DNA of 64,000 nt from Mustelus asterias (lineage: Eukaryota), in NCBI RefSeq assembly GCF_964213995.1, contig NC_135825.1, positions 12,648,001 to 12,712,000 on the forward strand, read 5' to 3'. Shown here piece after piece: positions 44,301 through 56,300 of the stretch; the first letter of the stretch is position 1, and every line of letters begins with the position of its first letter. A program made the position numbers and the translations under genes. Under the pieces are notes generated by a model that saw nothing but the letters and a program-made list of their open reading frames with translations, was not told the origin of the DNA and ran no database searches.

Positions 44301-47300
44301 TGGTGGCACAGTGGTTAGCACTGCTGTCTCACAGTGCCAAGGACTCGGGTTCAATTCCGGCCTTGGGCCACTGCTTGTGTGGAGTTTGCATGTTCTCCCC
44401 GTGTCTGTGGGGGTTTCCTCTGGGTGCTCCAGTTTCCTCCCACAGTCCAAAGATGTGCAGGTTAGATTGCCCCTTAGCATCAGGGGGACTAGCTAGGGTA
44501 AATGCATGGATTAATGAGGATAGGATGGGATTGATTTTGATTTGATTTGATTTTTTTAATTTTGATTTGATTCATTATTGTCACATGTATTAACATACAG
44601 TGAAAAGTATTGTTTCTTCCGCACTATACAGACAAAGCATACCATTCATAGAGAAGGAAATGTGCAGAATGTAGTGTTACAGTCATAGCTAGGGAAAGAT
44701 CAACTTAATGCAAGGTAAGTTCATTCAAAAGTCTGACAGCAGCAGATAAGAAACTGTCCTTGAGTCGGTTGGTACGTGACCTCAGACTTTTGTATCTTTT
44801 TCCCAAAGGAAGAAGGTGGAAGAGAGAATGTCCGGGGTGCGTGGGGTCCTTAATTATGCTGGCTGCTTTGCTGAGGCAGTGGGAAGTGTAGACAGAGTCA
44901 ATGGATGGGAGGCTGGTTTGCGTGAGGGATTGGGCTACATTCACGACCTTTTGTAGTTTCTTGCGGTCTTGGGCAGAGCAGAAGCCATACCAAGCTGTGA
45001 TACAACCAGAAAGAATGCTTTCTATGGTGAATCTGTAAAAGTTGGTCAGAGTCGTGGCTGAAATGCAAATTTCCTTAGCCTTCTGAGAAAGTAGAAGCGT
45101 TGGTGGGCTTTCTTAACTATAGTGTCGGCATGGGGGGACAAGGACAGGTTGTTGGTGATCTGGACACCTAAAAACTTGAAGTCTCGACCCTTTCTACTTC
45201 GTCCCCATTGATGTAGACAGGGGCACGGTCTCCTTGTGGTCGGTGCAGACTCGATGGGCCAAATGGCCCCCTTCTGCACTGTGTGATTCTATGGATTCTA
45301 TGATCTTTAAGGGGCCCTATTCAATCCCTGGTTATTTTTTGCCCTTAATATACTTGTAGAATCTCTTTTGATCCTCCTTTGTCTTATCTGTCAAAGCTAT
45401 CTCATCTCCCCTCCTGATTTCTCTTTTAAGTGTACTCCGACACCCCGTATACGCCTCAAGGGGTTCACTTGACCCAGTCACCTATATCTGACATATGCTT
45501 CCTTCTTTTTATTAACCAGAGCCTCAATATCTCTGGTTAATTGCCAGTTTTTGCTTACTCCTGCCAGCCTTGCCCTTCACACTAACAGGAGCATGCTGGC
45601 CCAGAATTCTCATTACCGTGCTTTTGAAAGCCTCCCATTTGCCAAACGTTCCTTTACCTGCAAACAAACTCCCACAGTCAACTTTTGAAAGTTCCTGACT
45701 AATACCATCAAAATTGGCCTTCCCCAAATTTAGAACTTTAGCTTGTGGACCAGACCTAAGCTTTTCCATAACTATTTTCAAAACTAATAGAACCTGACAG
45801 GGAGGGAGGAAAAGAGGAGTTTCACGGAAACAACTTCATAGAATCAATGCAGATGGAGGCCCTTTGAGTCTGCACCGACTCTCTGACAAAGTATCGATAC
45901 AAGGCCCTCTCCCCTGCTTATTCCCATAACCCTACACATTAATCATGGCCAGTTCCTCCTAATCTACACATCTTGAGAGACAATTTATCCTGGCCAATCC
46001 ACCTAACTTGTGCATCTTTGGACTGTGAGAGGAAACTGGAGCACCCGGAGGAAACCCACACAGACACAGGGAGAACGTGCAAACTCCACACAGGCAGTCA
46101 CCCGAGCCGGGAATCGAACCCGGGTCCCTGGTGCTGTGAGGCAGCAGTGCCAACCACAGTGCCACCGTGCCACCCCCAAACCTAGCCACTCTCACATCAA
46201 GGGCAGGATTCTCCAACTGTGTTCGCCTGAAAACCTGAGATTCCCCCCCAATTTCAATGGACCTTTACTTGGTCCGCCCCTCGTCCGCTAGGATTCCAGT
46301 GGGCAGATGGGATAGGAGCATTCTGGCCCAGATCTCAGCAACGTTGACTGAGAAAGAATATAGAAATAGCTATGATTGAGAAACCAGCTGTAAGTAAACT
46401 TAATTTTATTTTTCCAAAAATGTTGGTTAAAGTGTATCTAAGATATGTTTGTTTTGAGGCTATCTCTGACTTAAGGTCATTCTGGTTCAATATTTAATAG
46501 CACATCATAATATCCTGTAGGTAATAAGATTGTCCTCAGCTTAAACCCTTGCACCACAGAAATGTTTCAACGTGTGTTGTTCCCTCTCCATTTGCCCTCT
46601 AATTTTCTATGTCACAAGGATTGATGAGTCTGTAATTTACCGAAAAGAATAATCACGGCAAACAACTTTTTGACAAGGGGCCAGATCCAGGCTGTTTGCT
46701 ATTCTTGCAATCAAATAGAACTTGATGAACGTCAATGACACTGATGACCTTGTTTAAAGTTCTGATTCATGGTCGGGAAATGGGCAGCCCGGAATTCAGT
46801 CCTGACTTTTGCAAGACAATAGCGAACACTCTTCACTCATTTATAAAATCACCTTTTACAAAGAACAAAGAAAAGTACAGCACAGGAACAGGTCCTTCAG
46901 CCCTCAGAACCCTTGTCGATCATGATGCCCCTAACTAAACTAAAAAAAAATCTTCTGCCCTTACTCGGTCCATATCCCTCTATTTCCTCCCTATTCATGT
47001 ATCCATCCAGATGCCTCTTAAATGTTGCTAAGGTGCCTGCTTCCACCAACTCCTCTGGCAGCGCGTTCCAAACACCCACCACTTTCTGCGTGAAAAACTT
47101 CCCCTGCACATCTCCCTTAAACTTTATCCCTCTCACCTTGAAACTGCGCCCTTTTATAATTGACACCTCCAACCTGGGAAAAAGCCTCTGACTATCCACC
47201 CTGTCGATGCCTCTCAAAATTTTGTAGACCTCTATCAGGTCTCCCCTCAGCCTCCGTCTTTCCAGTGAAAACAATCCTAGTTTATTCAACCTCTCCTCGT

Positions 47301-50300
47301 AGCCAACGCTCTCGAGACCAGGCAACATCCTCGTGAAACTTCTGTGCACTCTCTCCAAAGCTTCCACGTCCTTCTGGTAGTGTGGCGACCAGGCCTGCCC
47401 ACAATACTCTAAAGGTGGCCTAACCAAGGTTTTATACAGCTGCAACATGATTTCCCAACTCTTGTACTCAATGCCCCAGCTGATGAAGGCAAGCATGCCA
47501 TATGCCTTCTTAATCACCTTGGCCACCTATGTTGCCACTTTTAGAGAACTGTGGACCTCCACGCCCAGATCCCTCTGTATGTTAATGTTCCTAAGGGTTC
47601 TGCCATTTACAGTATAATTCATACTTAAATTTGATCCTCCAAAATGCATCACCTCGAACAATAGCAAATAGCGCACACGTACATTGTTGTAAATGATCAC
47701 TAACTTTTTGGAATAGGTGGAAAAGGAGTTTCATTATCCCTATGGACATTTTAGAAGACATTTTACCCACAAAACATACTTCATTTTGCCAGAACACTAA
47801 ACTCTGTGTTTGATTCTTTTTTCTTATTTGATATATTGGCCTGAACTCTACCATCTCGCCTGCCACAGAATCGGCGCAGGTGAGTGTCCAACAACGGAAA
47901 TTTCTGTTGACCTCGGGAGAGAATTTCCGGTCTCACCCGAGCGAGGCCATAAAATCCTATCCATAATTATTCTAGGTCATTTCTGAATTTTCAAGAATTG
48001 ACAGGTAAGCAATATGTTAACGTGAATCTGAGTGTTAAGACTAAAACATAGGAAAGTCGATTTTCTGTTGGAACCGGATTATTGCAAACACGCAGGTAAC
48101 TACCCAGTGTAATTGGTCTAAGACCAATTCTCAGTGACCTCAAGGACATTTGGAACAGCTCATTGATCAGATGAGTCAGGAGGCCTGGCATCTCCAGCGC
48201 TGAGATAAGGCTGGTGGAGATGACTTAGGATGGTGTGGTGGGGACTACTAAACAAAGCAGGCAAGAAGAAGGACGTGCCCCAAGCTCATCTGATAAAAAT
48301 CATTTTAAATCCCCTTCTTGAATTTTCTGAATGGGCTGAAGAGTCCCTTTAAAGCAATGATGGGTAACTTAGGCTAGTGAGGGGGCTGCATGAGTGGCCC
48401 TCCTTCATCTTAGTGGGTCGCAAGATTCAAATTGGGCTTGTTCATGCACCATGACCCCATGAATAAGATAAAACACATTTAATACACGCCAAATATTTCA
48501 TAACAAATTATAGAAAATGCTTAATCATTTATATATTAATAGAACGATCATCAATTTCAAATGGTAAAAACAAAACAAATATTTACACTATGGATGCAGG
48601 GGGAGTGCACAGCTCTCACAGTCAATGTTAGACCATAAGACCATAAGACATAGGAGCGGAAGTAAGGCCATTCGGCCCATCGAGTCCACTCCATCATTCA
48701 ATCATGGTTGATTTCAACTCCATTTACCCGCTCTCTCCCCATAGCCCTTAATTCCTCGAGAAATCAAGAATTGATCAATTTCTGTCTTGAAGACACTCAA
48801 CGTCTCGGCCTCCACAGCCCTCTGTGGCAATGAATTCCACAGACCTACCACTCTCTGGCTGAAGAAATTTCTCCTCATCTCTGTTCTAAAGTGACTCCCT
48901 TTTATTCTAAGGCTGTGCCCCCGCATCCTAGTCTCCCCTGCTAATGGAAACAACTTCCCTACGTCCATCCTATCTAAGCCGTTCATTATCTTGTAAGTTG
49001 AGAGCACTCAGCACGCACCTCACTTCACTTGTCTTGGCATATCACTTAAATCATACTAGCAGGATGTGGTGAACCATAGTTGGTTACCACGATGAGTACT
49101 GAACCACAGATGGTCAGCACTATGGGTACTTGTAGATATGTTACTGTTGTCACTGTTGGGGTTAGGGTTGGGGTGTTCTACCTGTTGATATTGTTCTGTG
49201 GTACACTCCAGTTGGCTCCGCCTACCTGGAGGAGTATAAAGGTCACTGCACTGCCTGGTGACCCTTTAGTCTGGGATTGTATTGTATATAGTATGCTCCA
49301 TTCTTGTTAGTAATAAAAGCCTTTATTTCCCGGGTACGATCTAGCCTCCCGAGTGATTTAATCGCGCATCACAGGAAAAAAAACTACACAGACGTAAATC
49401 AGCAGAATGTGGCAACTCTGCACATGGGAAACAGTCAACAATCTTATAGCTGCACTCAGAACCCAAATGGTCCGTATGTAACCCAGCACTGCTTTAAGAG
49501 AACTATTCAGTACCAAGTATCAATGAACAGGGCTTTGTGACATATCTACACCTCTTGGGCCATGGGAGTTGCAGCAGGATCCTATTGACCCCATGTTTTG
49601 GGCAGGCACCTGGGCCATCCATTACAAACCCTCTTGTAAAATGATGGAGACCCACATGCTAGCAGGAATGGGGCACAGATATCACTCCTATCCTGTAACT
49701 GTTCTATCCACACCCCCAACAGACAAATGAAAATCAACCCCAGTGAATCATCGAGTATTCACTCATGTTGACAATTCAAGGTTACAAAATCAATGTAGCT
49801 ATTGAATTAAATAGTGGGCGAAAAGTATCTGGGTGGGATTTTTCACCCGTGCTCGTCCCAAGACTGGAAAATCCCGCCCGAGGTCAACGGACCTTTACAT
49901 GGTTCCCCCCCCCCCCCCCCCCCGCCACAACCCCCACCCCCCCCCCCCCCCCCGCTCACTCTGATTCCCGTGGCAGGCGGGACAGGAAAATTAGCTCTAT
50001 GGGGCAAATCTTACGGCCTCGCTCGGGCGAGACCGGAAATTCCTGCCCAAGGTCAATGGAGATTTCCGTTGTCAGACTCTCGCCCGCTCCGATCCCGTGG
50101 AGGGTGAGGTGGTCGAGTTCCGGCCTATGTGTTTATTTTTAAAATATTTTAGCTTCCTATTTTTCACACGAATGGGAGGAGGACTTCTGACTGAATATTA
50201 ACAAAGTAATAAGGCGTTAGTGCTGAATGCTAAATTCCATAAAACGTATCAAAGGAAATTGGCCAGTTCCGAGTTGTAACACTAGAATTTCCATATTGCC

Positions 50301-53300
50301 CTTTGGGGAATTTCCATAATGCTGATTTGGGGATGGGATTGGCCAGCAACATCGACTCAATTGCTCGCAACAGGTCAAGTTATGATCTCTGGAATGAAGA
50401 GTTGGTCGTATGAGGAACAGTTGAGGACTCTGGGTCCGTACTCATTGAACTTTAGAAGGATGAGAGGGGACTTACAGGAAACTTACAGGATACTGCGAGG
50501 CCTGGATAGAGTGGATGTGGAGAGGATGTTTCCACTAGTGGGAAAAACTAGAACCAGAGGGCACAACCTCAGGCTAAAGGGATGATCCTTCAAAACAGAG
50601 ATGAGGAGGAATTTCTTCAGCCAGAGAGTGGTGGATCTGTCGAACTCTTTGCCGCAGAAGGCTTTGGAAGCCAGGTCATTGAGTGTATTTAAGACCGAGA
50701 TAGATAGGTTCTTGATTAATAAGAGGATTGGGGGTTATGGGGAAAAGGCAGGAAAATGGGGATGAGAAAAATATCAGCCATGATTGAATGACGAAGCAGA
50801 CTCGATGGACCGAGTGGCCTAATTCTGCTCCTATGTCTTATGGTGTTATGATTATACATGGTCAGTGGAATTACCCATTCAGCCGATTTGTTTCCTCCTT
50901 AGCCTTCGAGGCTTCCTTCAAGCTCGTAGTCCTGACATAACCCATTGTTTTCCACTCTAACAGGTTCACACGGAGTATTGGGACCAGTGGAGGTGAATGG
51001 AAAATTAGGAGGGTCCATTACCGTCAACTGTAAATACAACATTCCGGTGAACAGGAATTCAGAGAAGTATTGGTGTCGGGGAGGCCGAAGATTTTCATGC
51101 ACAGTGTTAGCAGGCACACAGAGAAGACAGCAGGAAAGATACAACATTGTGGACAACCAAACCAGTGGAATATTTTCGGTGACAATGAGGCAATTGTCAC
51201 TGGAGGATATTGGATGGTATTGGTGTGGGATAGCAAGGCTGGGAAACGATGAAATGGCTTCTGTCAAATTGAATGTTCTGGAAGGTAAGCCCAATAATTA
51301 ATCAGAATCGATTGACTTCGAATACAATGGTAGCATTTCAATAAATGGACTGCTTCCCGTCCTGGCTGTTCTATAGAATAGAAGTGGAGATGCCGGCGTT
51401 GGGGTAAACACAGTAAGAAGTCTCACAACACCAGGTTAAAGTTCAACAGGTTTATTTGGTAGCAAAAGCCACTAGCTTTCAGAGCGCTGCCCCGTTGTCA
51501 GGTAAGCGGGATTCTGTTTACAAACAGGGCATATAAAGACACAAACTCAATTTACAAAATAATGGTTGGAATGCGAGTCTTTACAGGTAATCAAGTCTTA
51601 AAGGTACAGACAATGTGAGTGGAGAGAGCATTAAGCACAGGTTAAAGAGATGTGTATTGTCTCCAGACCGGACGGTTAGTGAGATTTTGCAAGCCCAGGC
51701 AAGTCGTGGGGGTTACAGATAGTGTGACATGAACCCAAGATCCCGGTTGAGGCCGTCCTCATGTGTGCGGAACTTGGCTATCAGTTTCTGCTCAGCGACT
51801 CTGCGTTGTCATGTGTCATGAAGGCCGCTTTTCTTTTTAGAACGCTCTCTCCACTCTCATTGTCTGTACCTTTAAGACTTGAGTACCTGTAAAGACTCGC
51901 ATTCCGACCATTATTGTGTAAATTGAGTTTGTGTCATTATATGCCCTGTTTGTGAACAGAACTCCCACTTACCTGACAAAGGGGCAGCGCTCCGAAAGCT
52001 AGTGGCTTTTGCTACCAAATAAACCTGTTGGACTTTAACCTCGTGTTGTGAGACTTCTTACAATAGAATAGAATCTATAGAATCCCTCCAGTGCAGAAGA
52101 AGGTCATTCGGCCCATCAAGTCTGTACCGACCACAATCCTACCCAGGCCCCATTCCCGTAAACCACGCATTTACCCTCTAATCCCCCTGACACTAAGGGG
52201 CAATTTAGCATAGCCAATCCACTTTCCAGACTCGAAACAAAGAACAAAGAAAATTACAGCACAGGAACAGGCCCTTCGGCCCTCCAAGTCTGCACCGACC
52301 ATGCTGCCCGACTGAACTAAAACCCCCTACCCTTCCGGGGACCGTATCCCTCTATTCCCATCCTATTCATGTACTTGTCCAGGCGCCCCTTAAAACTCAC
52401 TATCGTATCTGCTTCCACTACCTCCCCCAGCAACGGGTTCCAGGCACCCACCACCCTTTGGGTAAAAAACTTCCACGTACATCTCCTTTAAACCTTGCCC
52501 CTCGTACATTAAACCTGTGCCCCCCAGTAATTGACTCTTCCACCTTGGGAAAAAGCTTCTGACTGTCCACTCTGTCCATGCCCCTCATAATCTTGCAGAC
52601 TTCTATGAGGTTGCCCCTCAACCTCCGTCCTTCCAGTGAGAAACATTAACTCTATTTTCTCACTACACAGATGCTGCTGGATCTGTCGCATTTCTCCAGC
52701 ATTTTCTGTTTTTGTTTCAGATTCCATCATTCGCAGTGTTTTGCTTATAGTTTCGTTCTTTCAGGTGCAAAGGGCTGAACGAACATCTATAAATTGCCTT
52801 GACTCTTGTGATATTTGTCACTCTGTTTTACCAGCATGTACTTCCATGGCCTTCAGCAATGATGTATTGTCCTTTATTCTTGCAGCTAGCTTACCCAACC
52901 TCAGACATGTGCACGGGACTTTAGGAGAAGCTGTCACGTTAAAGTGTCAGTATCAAGTACCATATTACCGACACCATGAGAAGTACTTGTGCAAGGGGTC
53001 AGAGAGGAAGTCATGCATTGTGATTGCCAGAACTCAAAAGCAGAATGCAAACAGCGATGGAAGGATAATTACTATGGATAACCGGACCAGTGGAGTGTTT
53101 GCTGTCACCTTGACGGAACTATCCATGGAGGATGCGGGGCTTTACTGGTGTGGAATAACAATCATCGGTTACGACAATATGGTTCCCTTGCAACTGAATA
53201 TTTTTGAACGTAAGACAAATGTTTACTTCTTCCTAATAAGCAGTTCCCATATACTGAAACAAAATGTTAAATGTTCTGCTATGAGGGACTGTTGCAACAC

Positions 53301-56300
53301 ATGTCATTGGCTTCATCCAATTCATTAGCAAATAAAGAATTTCTTAGAGAGAGGAGAGAGAGAGATGTAATAGAGGTGTACAAGATTGTGAAGGGGATAG
53401 ATAGGGTGAACGGTGGGAAGCTTTTTCCCAGATCAGAAGTGACGTTCACGAGGGGTCACGGGCTCAAGCTGAGAGGGGCGAAGTATAACTCAGATATTAG
53501 AGGGATGTTTTTTACACAGAGGGTGGTGGGGGCCTGGAATGCGCTGCCAAGTAGGGTGGGGGAGGCAGGCACGCTGACATCATTTAAGACTTACCTGGAT
53601 AGTCACATGAGCAGCCTGGGAATGGAGGGATACAAACGATTGGTCTGGTTGGACCAGGGAGCGGCACAGGCTTGGAGGGCCGAAGGGCCTGTTTCCTGTG
53701 CTGTACTGTTCTTTGTTCTTTGTTCTTTATATTGCATGATCCGGTACAGATGAAAGTGTTGGAATTTTGGGGGTGAAATGGATCTTTGGGCTTTGCCTCA
53801 TTCATTATGCCCTTTGGCTCACACACTTGCGCAGAATCATAGAAAGCCTTATAACAGAGGAGTAAATTAATCTTCTCCCAACTCCCTCTCACCCTCCAAA
53901 GTCTTATACCTCAGCAGAAGCTAGGTGAGGAATGTCTGGAATATGTAACCGAGCTTCCCCGGAAAATCCATCCGACACATAGAATCGCAGAATCCGACAG
54001 TGCAGAAGGAAGACATTCGGCCCATCGAGTCTGCACCAACCACAATCTCACCTAGGCCCTTAACCACATAATTCTATGCATTTACCCCAGCTAGTCCACC
54101 CTTAAATTGCTAAGAGGCAATTTAGCATGGGCAATCCACCTAACCCACACATCTTTGGACAGTGGGAGGAAACTGGAGCAGACACGGGAGGAATGTACAA
54201 ACTCCACACAGACGGTGACCCAAGCCGGGAATTGAACCCGGGTCCTTGGCGTTGTGCGGCGGCAGTGCTAACCACTGTGCCACCATGCCGCCCCAGATTT
54301 CCTTCTCTAAAGGGCATTAGTGAACCAGATGGGTTTTTACAACAATCGACAATGGTTTCATGGTCATCATTAAACTTTCTGCCGTGGTGGGATTCAAACC
54401 CAGGTCCCCAGGGCATTACCCTGGGTCCCTGGATTACTAGTCCTGCGATAATACCACTATGCCACCACCTCCCTCGCCTCCTCTCAAAGTAGCATGATGC
54501 CACTCCTAAGATTTTGTCCCCTCCATTAACTCCATGCCACGTTTACACAACAACATGCCTAGGTATTCAATCCAAACATGGCTCCACCCATACTTGAGAG
54601 GTCTTGATATCCAAGTTGATGTACCTCTGCCAGGACATTGAACTGGACGGTGATCTAATGAGGAAAGTTGAGGAAGGATCATAGAAATCATAGAAACCCT
54701 ACAGTACAGAAAGAGGCCATTCGGCCCATCGAGTCTGCACCGACCACAATCCCACCCAGGCCCTACCCCCATATCCTTACATATTTTACCTACTAATCCC
54801 TCTAACCTACGCATCTCAGGACACTAAGGGGCAATTTTTAGCATGGCCAATCAACCTAACCCGCACATCTTTGGACTGTGGGAGGAAACCGGAGCGCCCG
54901 GAGGAAACCCACGCAGACACGAGGAGAATGTGCAAACTCCACACAGACAGTGACCCAAGCCGGGAATCGAACCCAGGTCCCTGGAGCTGTGAAGCAGCAG
55001 TGCTAACCACTGTGCTACCGTGCCGCCCCAGATATGTGTCATTGGAAAATCTCAGAGTAATCTCTATAGCATGGCATTTCACCATTCTGACAATGTCTTG
55101 CAAAATTATATTTGCTTTTCCAATTACTTCTCCATATTACCTCTATCCACCTCCTTTGGAAAGCGCCCAATTGTTTCTGTTATTGATTTTGGGCTATTCA
55201 AACAGGAGTAGATTCATCCCTTTGTTTAAAATATAGGTGCAATGTTTTGTTTAATTTTAGTTTTCAATTGGCACGGTACATTGACAATATTTTTATTTTT
55301 TTCACTCATGGGACGTGGGCGCCACTGGCTGGCCAACATTTGAAGCTCATCCCTAGTTACCCTTGAGAAGGTGATGGTGAGCTGCCATCTTGCAACTGAG
55401 TGGCTTGCTAAGCCATTTCAGAGGGCAGTTGAGAGTCAACCACATGGCTCTGGAGTAACATGTAGGCCAGACCAGGTAAGGACGGCAGCTTTCCTTCTCT
55501 AAAGGACATTAGGTGAACCAGCTGGATTTTTCCAATAATCAACAACGGTTCCATGGTCATCAGTAGATGCTTAATTCCAGATATTTTTTAGTGAATTCAA
55601 ATTCCACCGCCTGCCATTGCGGTATTCGAACCTGGATCTCCAGAACGTTAGCTCAGTTTGTGGATTGATAGTCTAGTGATAATATCACTAGGTCGTCACC
55701 ATTGCCACGCCGCCTCCTAATTTGCATTTTTGTGTCTTAAATGTAGAAACCTGTCCCAAGGCTGATCACAGCAGCAATGTCAAGCAAGATTTGACACCAA
55801 GCCATATAAGGAGCATTGGAACATATGACCAAAAACATTGTCAAAGAGGCCATTTTGAGCAGAGAATGCTAGAGAGGTGGCAAGGTTTAGGGAGGGAGCT
55901 TGGGACTTGGCAGCTGAAGCCTCAACTACCAATGGTGGAACAATGAGAATTGTCAAAGTAAAACAGTTTAGTATCACTCAAAGATCATAGTAAAGGTTGA
56001 TGTGAAGATGCCATAAAGATGATACTTTAAGGGAAATGTTCATAAATCCTGTTGGGATGATGTGAAGTTAGCTTACTCTGTATATCGTGTTGATTTGGGA
56101 GTGCTTGATGCCAACACATTTGGAAAAAGAAGTGCTTCAGTTCCCCAGTGCTGGCATGCCTTAGGAACATAGGAAACAGAGTCAGCCATTCAACCCAGTG
56201 AGCCTGCTCCGCCATTCAATATGATCATGACTGATCGGACACTTCAATGCCTTTTACCCACACTTTCCCCCATGCCTTTACGTTATTGTTAATCAGACAT

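Larger units (their letters stand above)
42395..45790 (-). mobile_element. Long decayed CR1-like LINE with nested PLE, V-SINE and Rex-like insertions
   Basis: Collinear ORF2 pieces at 45524-45781, 43996-44290, 43725-43964 and 42636-43175 on -. Confidence 0.85.

Noticed and set aside
52636-52885. N-terminal extension of the 230-aa ORF containing D2
   Set aside because: It is intronic, partly PLE-derived sequence upstream of a clear splice acceptor at 52885.
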